Assembly: GCA_043826565.1 (NCBI GenBank)
Contig: JBDRPX010000007.1
Location: forward strand, 9,412 to 73,411
Origin: Candidatus Omnitrophota bacterium
Lineage (GTDB): Bacteria > Omnitrophota > Gorgyraeia > B26-G9
Direction: 5' to 3'
DNA: 64,000 nucleotides
Positions 56,635 through 64,000 of this stretch are shown piece after piece. Each line of letters starts with the position of its first letter. The first letter of the stretch is position 1. The notes beneath the pieces are model-generated. The model had not been told where the DNA came from and did no database searches. It worked only from the letters and a program-made list of their open reading frames with translations. Made by a program: the position numbers and the translations under genes.

Positions 56635-56657
56635 TACCCAAGTACAATTGATATAAT
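56635..56657 (+). promoter_or_regulatory. conserved motif copy 3: TACCCAAGTACAATTGATATAAT
   Basis: 48 nt upstream of the small membrane ORF at 56705. Confidence 0.5.
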
Positions 56658-56704
56658 CACGCGGTTTTATTAAAATAAAAATAGGAAATAAGAGGAGGAA
56701 ATTT

Positions 56705-56842
56705 ATGGCGGATAAGAATAATTCATTGAAGCCAGGCGCTGGATTTTTAAAGCCATGGATGATTGCGGCGATAGTCATCGGTATCGCATGGATAATTGGT
56801 GCAGGCTTTCTAGCACTTGTTTCATCTGTGAAAAAAATGTAA
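56705..56842 (+). CDS. small membrane protein (45 aa)
   Basis: AGAGGAGG SD 6 nt upstream. One TM helix IAAIVIGIAWIIGAGFLALV. Confidence 0.4.
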   Translation: MADKNNSLKPGAGFLKPWMIAAIVIGIAWIIGAGFLALVSSVKKM

Positions 56843-56903
56843 TGGTTTTCTGCCTTTAAGTTGTTTTAAGGATAAAGGCAGAGCTAAAAGAGAGATTAAA
56901 ATT

Positions 56904-57941
56904 ATGAATGATTATCTTTTTTCTGGTATTTTAATATTTTCCGGCTTTATCTCCGGATGGATTTTTTATTTTCTTGTCCTGTTTTTAATTAAACGGCGGG
57001 GAGCTGTTTCCTCAGAATTGCTTAAAGTCAATCTGGGGCTTCTTAAAAGCCCGTTACGTTTTTTGATGCCCACTTTATGTATCGCGGGGGTTATTCCTTT
57101 ATTGCGGCTGACGGAAAAAGTGAAGGGCGGAATTAACCAGTTTATTCAAATCCTGCTTATCTCGTTGTTTGGCTGGGTTGCCGTAAGGGTTATTTACATC
57201 GTTCGCGATTCGCTTTTGAAGCGTTATGATATTGATGTCCAGGACAATGTACATGCCCGCAGCATGCACACACAACTGCAGATGCTCGCGAATGTCATAG
57301 TTGTGGGTATCGTTGTATTAACCGTTTCTTTTGTTTTGATGAGTTTCTCAGAAGTTAGGCATATCGGGGTAAGTATATTGGCTTCGGCGGGAATTATCGG
57401 TATAGTTGTAGGCTTTGCCGCGCAAAAAACACTGGGGAATCTTATCGCCGGTATTCAAATCGCTATTGCCCAGCCAATTCGTCTGGATGATGTGGTTATT
57501 ATTGAAAATGAATGGGGCTGGATTGAGGAAATTACGCTTACTTTTGCGGTAGTGCGCATATGGGATCTAAGGCGTTTGGTGGTTCCAATATCATATTTTC
57601 TCGAAAAACCGTTTCAGAATTGGACGCGGACTTCAGCTGATCTGCTGGGAACTGTTTTTATATATACAGATTACACTGTACCCGTGGAAAAGGTGCGTAA
57701 TGAATTAACGCGTATTCTGGAAAATAATTCCAAGTGGGACAAAAAGGTCAATGTGCTGCAGGTAACCAATGCTACTGAAAAAACAGTTGAACTGCGGGCG
57801 CTGATGAGCGCGGCGGATTCTCCTACTGCCTGGGGTTTACGCTGTGAGGTCAGGGAAAAACTATTGGAGTTTTTGCAGCAGCATTTTCCGGAATGTTTGC
57901 CGCGGATACGCGTTGAAATGAATAAGCGGGAATCAGGCTGA
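56904..57941 (+). CDS. MscS-family mechanosensitive channel
   Basis: TM3-like ...GNLIAGIQIAIAQPIRLDDVV... and beta-domain. Confidence 0.8.
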   Translation: MNDYLFSGILIFSGFISGWIFYFLVLFLIKRRGAVSSELLKVNLGLLKSPLRFLMPTLCIAGVIPLLRLTEKVKGGINQFIQILLISLFGWVAVRVIYIVRDSLLKRYDIDVQDNVHARSMHTQLQMLANVIVVGIVVLTVSFVLMSFSEVRHIGVSILASAGIIGIVVGFAAQKTLGNLIAGIQIAIAQPIRLDDVVIIENEWGWIEEITLTFAVVRIWDLRRLVVPISYFLEKPFQNWTRTSADLLGTVFIYTDYTVPVEKVRNELTRILENNSKWDKKVNVLQVTNATEKTVELRALMSAADSPTAWGLRCEVREKLLEFLQQHFPECLPRIRVEMNKRESG

Positions 57942-58045
57942 TATGAGCGGTGTTTTAATGAGGCAAATCATGATGGATAAATTAAAAAAAATACAGGTTT
58001 AGAGTTATAGCACCGGCTTATCCGGCATTTAATATCTATTCCAAT

Positions 58046-58366
58046 ATGGCATCCCGGACAACAGCCCTGGGGCCGGTGTATGCGGCAACTGCCGTTAATA
58101 AAATGAAGAAATGGGATTTGAATTTTCAGGAGGAGCGGTTTTTTGAAAAATTGCGGCCAGATAAATGGCTGGTGGGGGGGGTGGCAAGAAACACTGTTTT
58201 AAAAAATGATTTTAGAGGGGATTTATTCCTTAGCGCTGAAAGCCAGGATAATTTCAAGAATAAAGCCTTTAATGACGCAATAAGGTATTATGAAATAAAA
58301 GGGCTGGCGAGAACAATAAAGAGGCGGAATGATTGGCTTACGGCGTGGCAGATAAGGAACGAATGA
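58046..58366 (+). CDS. hypothetical protein
   Basis: ORF only. No recognised motif. Confidence 0.3.
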   Translation: MASRTTALGPVYAATAVNKMKKWDLNFQEERFFEKLRPDKWLVGGVARNTVLKNDFRGDLFLSAESQDNFKNKAFNDAIRYYEIKGLARTIKRRNDWLTAWQIRNE

Positions 58367-58453
58367 TAGCTTGATACGACAGGATAAAAAAATGAGAAAA
58401 TAGAATCGCTTAAAACAAAGAAATTGCCTTGGGCAAATAATAGGGAGGGAAAT

Positions 58454-59026
58454 ATGAAGTATTTAATTATTTACGCGCATCCTAATCCGAAAAGTTTTAA
58501 TCACGCGGTTAAGGAGCATGTCGAGGCGGCATTAAAGAAGCAGGAAAAACAATATAGCTTGCGGGATTTGTATATGTTAAAATGGAATCCGGTTTTAGGC
58601 GGCGCGGATTTTAGCGTGATGCAGGGCGGCAAAATTCCAGAGGATATTAAAAAAGAACAACAGTGCGTTAAAGAAGCGGATGTGCTTATTATTATTCACC
58701 CGATCTGGTGGTTTGGCATGCCGGCGGTTCTTAAAGGATATATTGACCGGGTTTTTTCCGCGGGATTCGCGTATGCATACGGCCCGGAAGGCATCAAAGG
58801 CCTTTTACCCAACAAAAAAGTAGTGATCATTAATACCACCGGCGGAACCGAAGACACTTATTTAAAATTAGGGTTCAAAGACGCGCTGATAAAGATTTTT
58901 AAAAACGGGATTTATGAGTTTTGCGGGATGAAGGTACTTTTGCACAAATTCTTCTATGCAGTACCGGCCATATCTCAAGAGGCCCGGATAGAAATGCTCA
59001 AGGAAATAGATGGGTTGGAATTTTAA
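58454..59026 (+). CDS. NAD(P)H dehydrogenase (quinone)/flavodoxin-like-fold oxidoreductase
   Basis: MKYLIIYAHPNPKSFNHAV...LIIIHPIWWFGMPAVLKGYIDRV matches the Flavodoxin_2 family. Confidence 0.75.
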   Translation: MKYLIIYAHPNPKSFNHAVKEHVEAALKKQEKQYSLRDLYMLKWNPVLGGADFSVMQGGKIPEDIKKEQQCVKEADVLIIIHPIWWFGMPAVLKGYIDRVFSAGFAYAYGPEGIKGLLPNKKVVIINTTGGTEDTYLKLGFKDALIKIFKNGIYEFCGMKVLLHKFFYAVPAISQEARIEMLKEIDGLEF

Positions 59027-59038
59027 TGGAGCCTGGCA

Positions 59039-59725
59039 ATGGATAATAAAGACTATTACGCGATTTTAAAAGTAAGCGAGGGGGCAACCAGCGAGCAGAT
59101 AAAATCCGCTTATCGCAAACTTGCCCTGAAACATCATCCGGATAGATGCCCGGAAGAAAAGAAAAAAGAAGCGGCGGAGAAGTTTAAGGAAATTTCCGCG
59201 GCATATTATGTTTTGGGTGACGCGAAAAGGCGCAAAGAATATGATGATTATAAAAAAGGCGCTTATGAGTTTAGGGGCGGGCAGGGGCCTGAAGATTTTG
59301 CTTCGCAAACAGGATTTGATTTTGAAGATCTGATGAAACATTTTCAGGGCAGTACCGGCCGCAAGGCTTCTGCGCAAAGCAGCGGAAGAAGATATTTCTC
59401 TTTTGATGACTTATCGGATATTTTTCAGGGGATGCATTCTGTGGGTGAGGACCAGCCCGGTGATGCTTATACAGCGTATCAGTTTAATGACAGCATCAGC
59501 CGGAAAAAACATGATACCGATACCTATGCCCAAATAAAAATTCCGCGAAATATCGCGCAAAGCGGCGGCGAAGTTAAAGTTAAAATAAGCCGGCTAAAAA
59601 CAATCAGTCTGAAAATAAATCCCGGGACAAAGAACGGCCAGAAATTAAGATTAAAAGGAATGGGAGAAATGTGCCCGACTTGTGACCATAAGGGAGACTT
59701 AATCGTTTCCGTACATTATGCATAA
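59039..59725 (+). CDS. DnaJ (J-domain) protein
   Basis: DYYAILKV...[13 protein letters not shown] (HPD motif). Confidence 0.75.
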   Translation: MDNKDYYAILKVSEGATSEQIKSAYRKLALKHHPDRCPEEKKKEAAEKFKEISAAYYVLGDAKRRKEYDDYKKGAYEFRGGQGPEDFASQTGFDFEDLMKHFQGSTGRKASAQSSGRRYFSFDDLSDIFQGMHSVGEDQPGDAYTAYQFNDSISRKKHDTDTYAQIKIPRNIAQSGGEVKVKISRLKTISLKINPGTKNGQKLRLKGMGEMCPTCDHKGDLIVSVHYA

Positions 59726-59746
59726 ACAATAATATGATTGGTAAAG

Positions 59747-59944
59747 ATGGAAAAAAGAATAATTGAATTAGAAAAGAAAATATCTTTTCAGGATCATGAA
59801 ATCGCAAAATTAAATGAAGTGGTTACAGAGCATCAGAAAAAGATCAATGAACTTGAGAAAATTGTTGAACGGTTAAGAGAACAGCAGGGGGGCGCGGGGC
59901 TGGTTAGGGATATTGAGAATGAAGATCCTCCGCCGCATTACTAA
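59747..59944 (+). CDS. slyX: SlyX-family protein
   Basis: Coiled coil. C-terminal ...PPPHY as in E. coli SlyX. Confidence 0.6.
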   Translation: MEKRIIELEKKISFQDHEIAKLNEVVTEHQKKINELEKIVERLREQQGGAGLVRDIENEDPPPHY

Positions 59945-60168
59945 TGTTACCGGATAAAGACTACTTATTAAAACTTGCCCGGACCAAAATGCCGTTTGGT
60001 AAATATAAAGGCCGATTGCTTATCGATCTGCCGGAACCTTATATTGTCTGGCTTTCTCAAAAAGGTTTTAAAAACGATACTCTGGGGAAAATGCTTCAGA
60101 GTGTTTATGAAATAAAACTTAATGGGCTGGAATACTTATTTGAGCCTCTGCGTTTGAAACAGAGGTAA
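59944..60168 (+). CDS. DUF3820-family protein
   Basis: MPFGKYKG...L.DLPEPYIVWL signature. Confidence 0.5.
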   Translation: MLPDKDYLLKLARTKMPFGKYKGRLLIDLPEPYIVWLSQKGFKNDTLGKMLQSVYEIKLNGLEYLFEPLRLKQR

Positions 60169-60288
60169 TTTAAAAATATAGGAAGTCCGGGCGCCAAAAG
60201 GATGCGCCACGGACATAATTCGCAGACGACCTAAAGGTCTATAATTTACGTGACCGTAAAGTATCTGCTCATTGAAGGAGGGGAATTT

Positions 60289-61104
60289 ATGGGAGATATG
60301 ATGGATAAAATATATGGATATCTGGCGCAGTATGGATTAAGTGTTATCGCGGCAATAATAATTTTTGTTTTCGGTAAATGGCTGGCGCATAAGCTTGCCG
60401 GTTTTGTAGAAAAAATAATGCTAAAAGCGAATGTGGATAAAACTTTGGCCTCTTTTTCCAAGAACCTGACTTATGTGGCTTTACTTGTTTTTGTGATTAT
60501 CGCCGCTTTAGGTAAATTAGGGGTTCAGACCACTTCTTTTATCGCGGTCATCGGCGCGTCGGGATTAGCCGTAGGCTTGGCTTTGCAGGGGGCGCTTTCA
60601 AACTTTGCCGCGGGGGTCTTGATCATTCTGTTCAGGCCTTTTAAGGTGGGTGATTTTATTCAGGCGGGAGGAGTTACGGGTACAGTCGCGGAGATACAGA
60701 CATTTACGACGATCTTATACGCACTGGATAATCGGAAAGAGATCGTACCCAACGCGCAGATAACCAGCGCGACGATAACTAATTTTAGTGATGTTGATAA
60801 ACGTCGTGTGGACCTGGTTTTCGGGATCTCTTATACTGATAATATAAAAACAGCGAAAGATGTTTTAATGGAGATCGCTAAAGCTGACCCCAGAGTATTA
60901 AAGGACCCGGCTCCGGTTATTGCGGTGTCCGAATTAGGCGATAGCAGTGTAAGCCTGGTCTGCCGTCCTTGGGTTAAGCCGTCGGATTATTGGGTGGTGT
61001 ATTTTGATATGCTGGAAAAAGGAAAACTGGAATTGGAAAAGAAGGGGATTACTATCCCTTTTCCTCAAAGAGATGTGCATATTTATGAGGAAAAAAAACA
61101 ATAA
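60289..61104 (+). CDS. MscS-family small-conductance mechanosensitive channel
   Basis: ...NFAAGVLIILFRPFKVGDFI...GTVAEIQTFTT... GAAGGAGG SD 6 nt before ATG 60289. Confidence 0.8.
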   Translation: MGDMMDKIYGYLAQYGLSVIAAIIIFVFGKWLAHKLAGFVEKIMLKANVDKTLASFSKNLTYVALLVFVIIAALGKLGVQTTSFIAVIGASGLAVGLALQGALSNFAAGVLIILFRPFKVGDFIQAGGVTGTVAEIQTFTTILYALDNRKEIVPNAQITSATITNFSDVDKRRVDLVFGISYTDNIKTAKDVLMEIAKADPRVLKDPAPVIAVSELGDSSVSLVCRPWVKPSDYWVVYFDMLEKGKLELEKKGITIPFPQRDVHIYEEKKQ

Positions 61105-61122
61105 TGTTTTTTGCTTCTTCCC

Positions 61123-61150
61123 TTGACAATTTCTGCTTTTTTGTTAGAAT
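61123..61150 (+). promoter_or_regulatory. sigma70 promoter TTGACA-N16-TAGAAT for bipA
   Basis: Exact -35 hexamer. -10 TAGAAT ends 43 nt before the ATG. Confidence 0.55.
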
Positions 61151-61192
61151 AGCACAACCTTAAAATAGAGTTCGAATAAGAAAGCTGAAAAT

Positions 61193-63028
61193 ATGTTAAA
61201 TCAAAAAAGAAGAAAAGATGTAAGAAATATCGCGATCATCGCGCATGTTGATCATGGGAAAACTACCTTAGTAGATGCTCTTCTGAAATATACCGGTGCG
61301 CATGATTTTAAAGCGGGCGAGATCGCGATCATGGATTCAAACCCTCTGGAAAAAGAAAGAGGGATAACGATCCTCTCTAAAAACGCCTCTCTCCAATATA
61401 AAGGAGTACAAGTCAATCTTGTCGATACTCCCGGCCATGCTGATTTCGGCAGTGAGGTCGAACGTATCCTGAAAATGGTCGACGGCGTGCTTCTGCTTGT
61501 TGATGCTTTTGAAGGGCCCATGCCGCAGACTAAATTTGTTTTAAAGAAATCACTGGAGCTGCATCTAAAACCGATACTGGTAATAAATAAACTTGATCGT
61601 CCCTCTGCCCGTCCGGATGAAGTCGCGGATATGACCTTTGATCTTTTTTGTGATTTGAACGCGACGGATGAACAGCTTGATTTTCCGATCGTGTATGCTT
61701 CCGGAAAAGACGGTTACGCGATGATTGATCTTGATGAGCCGAGAGAATCCATGAAGCCTCTTTTAGAAACTATCCTGCATCGGGTATTACCGCCGATAGC
61801 TAATCCGGAGCTGCCGTTTCAGATGCTCGTGACCATGCTTGATTATGATTCTTATGTTGGCAGAATCGCCATCGGCCGGATTTTTTACGGAACTGTTCGT
61901 GTCGGTGATCCGGTGGCCCTAGTCAAGCGTAACGGAACAATTAGTAAAGGCAAAGCTACTAAGATCATGAAGTATCGCGGTTTAATCCGCGTGGAAGTTG
62001 ATGAAGCTATCGCCGGAGATATTATTTTGATTTCCGGAATAGAAGATGTCGAAGTCGGAGAGACGCTGGCGTGTATTAATGAGCCCAAAGGATTGCCGGC
62101 GATCAAAATAGATGAGCCGACGATATCCATGAATTTTTCTCACAATACCAGCCCGCTTGCCGGTAAGGACGGCGGACGATTTTTAACTTCACGGCATATC
62201 CGGGAACGGCTTACACACGAGGCCATGATCAATGTAGGTATTAAAGTTGAGGATGTCGCGGGAACCGAGCGGTTAAAAGTTTCCGGCCGGGGAGAATTGC
62301 ATCTGGCGATCCTTATTGAAACAATGCGCCGGGAAGGATATGAGATGGAGGTTTCCCGTCCGCGGGTTATTTTAAAAAAAATGGGAAGTCAGATACTTGA
62401 ACCGGTGGAAGAGGTTGTGATTGAGGTTGAAGAAGAGTATCAGGGCGCGGTTATGCAGGCCTTGGGCGCGCGCAAAGCGCAAATACGCGAATTAAAAACA
62501 ACATCTACGGGTACGAGCCGTTTGGAATTTATTATTGCTTCCCGGGCTTTGATCGGATTCAGAAGTGATTTTTTGATGATGACCCGGGGCAGCGGAGTAA
62601 TGTATCAAAATTTCCTGGAATATCAGACATATAAAGGAGAACTGCCCAGCCGGCAAAGCGGGGTGCTTATTTCTCATGGAGACGGCGATGCCGTGGCTTA
62701 TGCCTTATATAATTTGCAGGCGCGCGGTGAGATCTTTGTTAAACCCGGAGAAAGATTATATGAGGGCATGATCGTGGGAGTGAACAATAAAGGAGTCGAT
62801 CTGGTGGTCAATGCTTTAAAGGGAAAGAAATTGACGAATATGCGTGCTTCCGGAAGTGATGACGCGATTTCATTGATCCCGCCTCGCCAAATGACCCTGG
62901 AAGTTGCTCTGGAATTTATTGAAGATGATGAATTGGTGGAGATAACTCCCAAACATATCCGGCTTCGGAAATTAGATCTAACCGAAGTAGCTCGTAAGCG
63001 GGTTACCCGCGGCGCGCAGTCAAAATAA
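61193..63028 (+). CDS. bipA: translational GTPase BipA/TypA
   Basis: G1 AHVDHGKTT, G3 DTPGH, G4 NKLD, EF-G-like domains. 611 aa. Confidence 0.9.
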   Translation: MLNQKRRKDVRNIAIIAHVDHGKTTLVDALLKYTGAHDFKAGEIAIMDSNPLEKERGITILSKNASLQYKGVQVNLVDTPGHADFGSEVERILKMVDGVLLLVDAFEGPMPQTKFVLKKSLELHLKPILVINKLDRPSARPDEVADMTFDLFCDLNATDEQLDFPIVYASGKDGYAMIDLDEPRESMKPLLETILHRVLPPIANPELPFQMLVTMLDYDSYVGRIAIGRIFYGTVRVGDPVALVKRNGTISKGKATKIMKYRGLIRVEVDEAIAGDIILISGIEDVEVGETLACINEPKGLPAIKIDEPTISMNFSHNTSPLAGKDGGRFLTSRHIRERLTHEAMINVGIKVEDVAGTERLKVSGRGELHLAILIETMRREGYEMEVSRPRVILKKMGSQILEPVEEVVIEVEEEYQGAVMQALGARKAQIRELKTTSTGTSRLEFIIASRALIGFRSDFLMMTRGSGVMYQNFLEYQTYKGELPSRQSGVLISHGDGDAVAYALYNLQARGEIFVKPGERLYEGMIVGVNNKGVDLVVNALKGKKLTNMRASGSDDAISLIPPRQMTLEVALEFIEDDELVEITPKHIRLRKLDLTEVARKRVTRGAQSK

Positions 63029-63117
63029 AGTTACACCTATTTTTTAAATCTAGTTGACAAATTGAGTAAAGTAGAGCATACTTAATTCAGTAGTAAATAA
63101 GGGAAACGGAGTCTTAG

Positions 63118-63156
63118 CCCGCAAGGTCAAAGAAGATTTGGCTTGCGGTTTTTTGT
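63118..63156 (+). terminator. rho-independent terminator (cccgcaagg / cttgcgg plus T8)
   Basis: 90 nt after the bipA stop. Confidence 0.6.
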
Positions 63157-63169
63157 TTCTGCCGTTATT

Positions 63170-63178
63170 TGCTATAAT
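63170..63178 (+). promoter_or_regulatory. extended -10 (TGcTATAAT) promoter for the cold-shock gene
   Basis: 25 nt upstream of the ATG. AAGGAGG SD. Confidence 0.45.
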
Positions 63179-63202
63179 TTCGGCAAAGGAGGTGTAGTAG
63201 AT

Positions 63203-63403
63203 ATGGCAAAAGGAACAGTGAAATGGTTTAATAACTCAAAAGGTTATGGGTTTATTACTACTGAGGCAGGCAGTGATGTTTTTGTGCATCATGGTGCAAT
63301 TCAGGGTGAAGGTTATAAATCACTAGATGAAGGACAGCAGGTTGAATTTGAAGTTCAGCAGGGCCCGAAAGGTGAACAAGCTGTAAATGTAGTGAAGTTA
63401 TAA
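63203..63403 (+). CDS. cold-shock protein (CspA family)
   Basis: [16 protein letters not shown]...[12 protein letters not shown]1/RNP2 motifs. Confidence 0.85.
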   Translation: MAKGTVKWFNNSKGYGFITTEAGSDVFVHHGAIQGEGYKSLDEGQQVEFEVQQGPKGEQAVNVVKL

Positions 63404-63426
63404 CGTAGTTCTTAAGGAGAGATGTT

Positions 63427-63630
63427 ATGCATAAAGGAAAAATTAATAAAGTGGTTCGGGATAGGGGTTTCGGTTTTATTGATGATACCGACGGCCGGCA
63501 ATTGTTCTTTCATCAGAGCAGTCTTGTCGGGGTTGGTTTTGATGATCTGCTTGGAGATGAAGAAGTTGAGTTTGAAGTGGAAACTTCTCCCAAAGGGCCG
63601 CGTGCGATTAATGTAAATATTACAAAATAA
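63427..63630 (+). CDS. cold-shock-domain protein (divergent)
   Basis: GKINKVVRDRGFGFI...FFHQSSL. AAGGAG SD. Confidence 0.7.
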   Translation: MHKGKINKVVRDRGFGFIDDTDGRQLFFHQSSLVGVGFDDLLGDEEVEFEVETSPKGPRAINVNITK

Positions 63631-63685
63631 AGGCAGTTATCAGCCTTAATTGAAACGTCTGCAGATCGGCAGACAAGGAGGAAAC

Positions 63686-63868
63686 ATGGGATACAGACAA
63701 GGTGGCAGTGGTGGTAGCGGTGGTGGATATGGCGGGCGTCCGCGAGAAATGCACAAAGCGACATGCGCAGAATGCAAAAAAGAATGTGAAGTTCCTTTCA
63801 AACCAAGCGGAGACCGTCCGGTATACTGCAAGGAATGCTTTTCTAAGAATAGAGACAGCAGCCGTTAA
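63686..63868 (+). CDS. Gly-rich zinc-ribbon protein (60 aa), paralog of 27782..27952
   Basis: MGYRQGGSGGSGGGYGGRPREMHKATCAECKKECEVPFKPSGDRPVYCKECFSK. AAGGAGG SD. Confidence 0.55.
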   Translation: MGYRQGGSGGSGGGYGGRPREMHKATCAECKKECEVPFKPSGDRPVYCKECFSKNRDSSR

Positions 63869-63903
63869 TAAGTAAAGGGAGCAACAAACATTTAATAAGA
63901 GTG

Positions 63904-63938
63904 AAAACATGGAGTCCGAATGGACTCCATGTTTTTTT
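63904..63938 (+). terminator. rho-independent terminator (14-bp stem aaaacatggagtcc / ggactccatgtttt plus T7)
   Basis: 36 nt after the zinc-ribbon gene stop. Confidence 0.7.
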
Positions 63939-64000
63939 ATGGTAAGTTTGCCGGGTTTGTGCAAGCTTAATAACAGATAGGTGCTTTGTTGTTTTAAAAG

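Noticed and set aside
63054-63082. TTGACA-N17-CATACT promoter-like sequence immediately after the bipA stop
   Set aside because: Weak -10 and it lies upstream of the bipA terminator. Probably fortuitous.
63422-63616. Alternative-frame ORF (MLCIKEKLIKW...) overlapping the second csp
   Set aside because: The 63427 frame gives cold-shock-domain motifs and correct SD spacing. The other frame is hydrophobic nonsense.
1-64000. Search for CRISPR arrays, tRNA/rRNA genes, integrases or transposases
   Set aside because: No direct-repeat/spacer periodicity, no tRNA-like cloverleaf sequences in intergenic gaps, and no recombinase or transposase motifs were seen.

Overview
Low-GC bacterial chromosomal window with strong Shine-Dalgarno usage and Gram-negative-type envelope genes (Mla system, BON, lipoproteins). 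No rRNA, tRNA, CRISPR array, transposase or integrase was seen. Gene content in order: (1) CaCA antiporter (partial), DUF502, iron-sulfur flavoprotein, B12-binding radical SAM. (2) A glycan locus with two GH130 phosphorylase-like genes flanked by two unusual GT4 fusion proteins. (3) A DUF134 / NifX-like pair, then a zinc-ribbon protein with a histone-H1-like tail. (4) RlmM-like and PpnP genes. (5) A helix-turn-helix / PTS-EIIA fusion regulator, followed by a six-gene Hyf/Ech-like membrane complex. Its catalytic subunit lacks both NiFe-ligating CxxC motifs, so it is an Ehr-type (energy-converting hydrogenase-related) complex rather than a hydrogenase. (6) MazG, an RNA methyltransferase, a DEAD-box helicase with an upstream ORF and hairpin leader, and HtpG. 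(7) A trio of tiny SD-driven ORFs (two Lys-rich peptides plus a Gly-rich zinc-ribbon protein), RsmH-like, a GldAFG-like ABC system, SGNH hydrolase, CarD-like, GH26-like, a diguanylate cyclase, Smr, Tex and PilZ. (8) An envelope/osmotic-stress region: a LOV-derived PAS histidine kinase, a NarL/FixJ response regulator, MlaB-E/F/D plus lipoprotein, a CheY-like regulator, a BON protein, small membrane proteins, a GH15-like (trehalase-type) gene, DedA, GT4, GtrA, a TreT-like GT4, an EEP nuclease, cardiolipin synthase, two MscS channels, NAD(P)H-quinone oxidoreductase, DnaJ, SlyX, BipA, two cold-shock proteins and a third zinc-ribbon paralog. Main non-obvious signals: the Ehr-type complex with its own regulator and operator palindrome; a 23-27 nt motif with a NarL-like heptamer repeated upstream of three envelope-stress operons; a three-member family of zinc-ribbon proteins co-located with cold-shock and Lys-rich mini-proteins; and two gene fragments plus one MITE-like inverted repeat.
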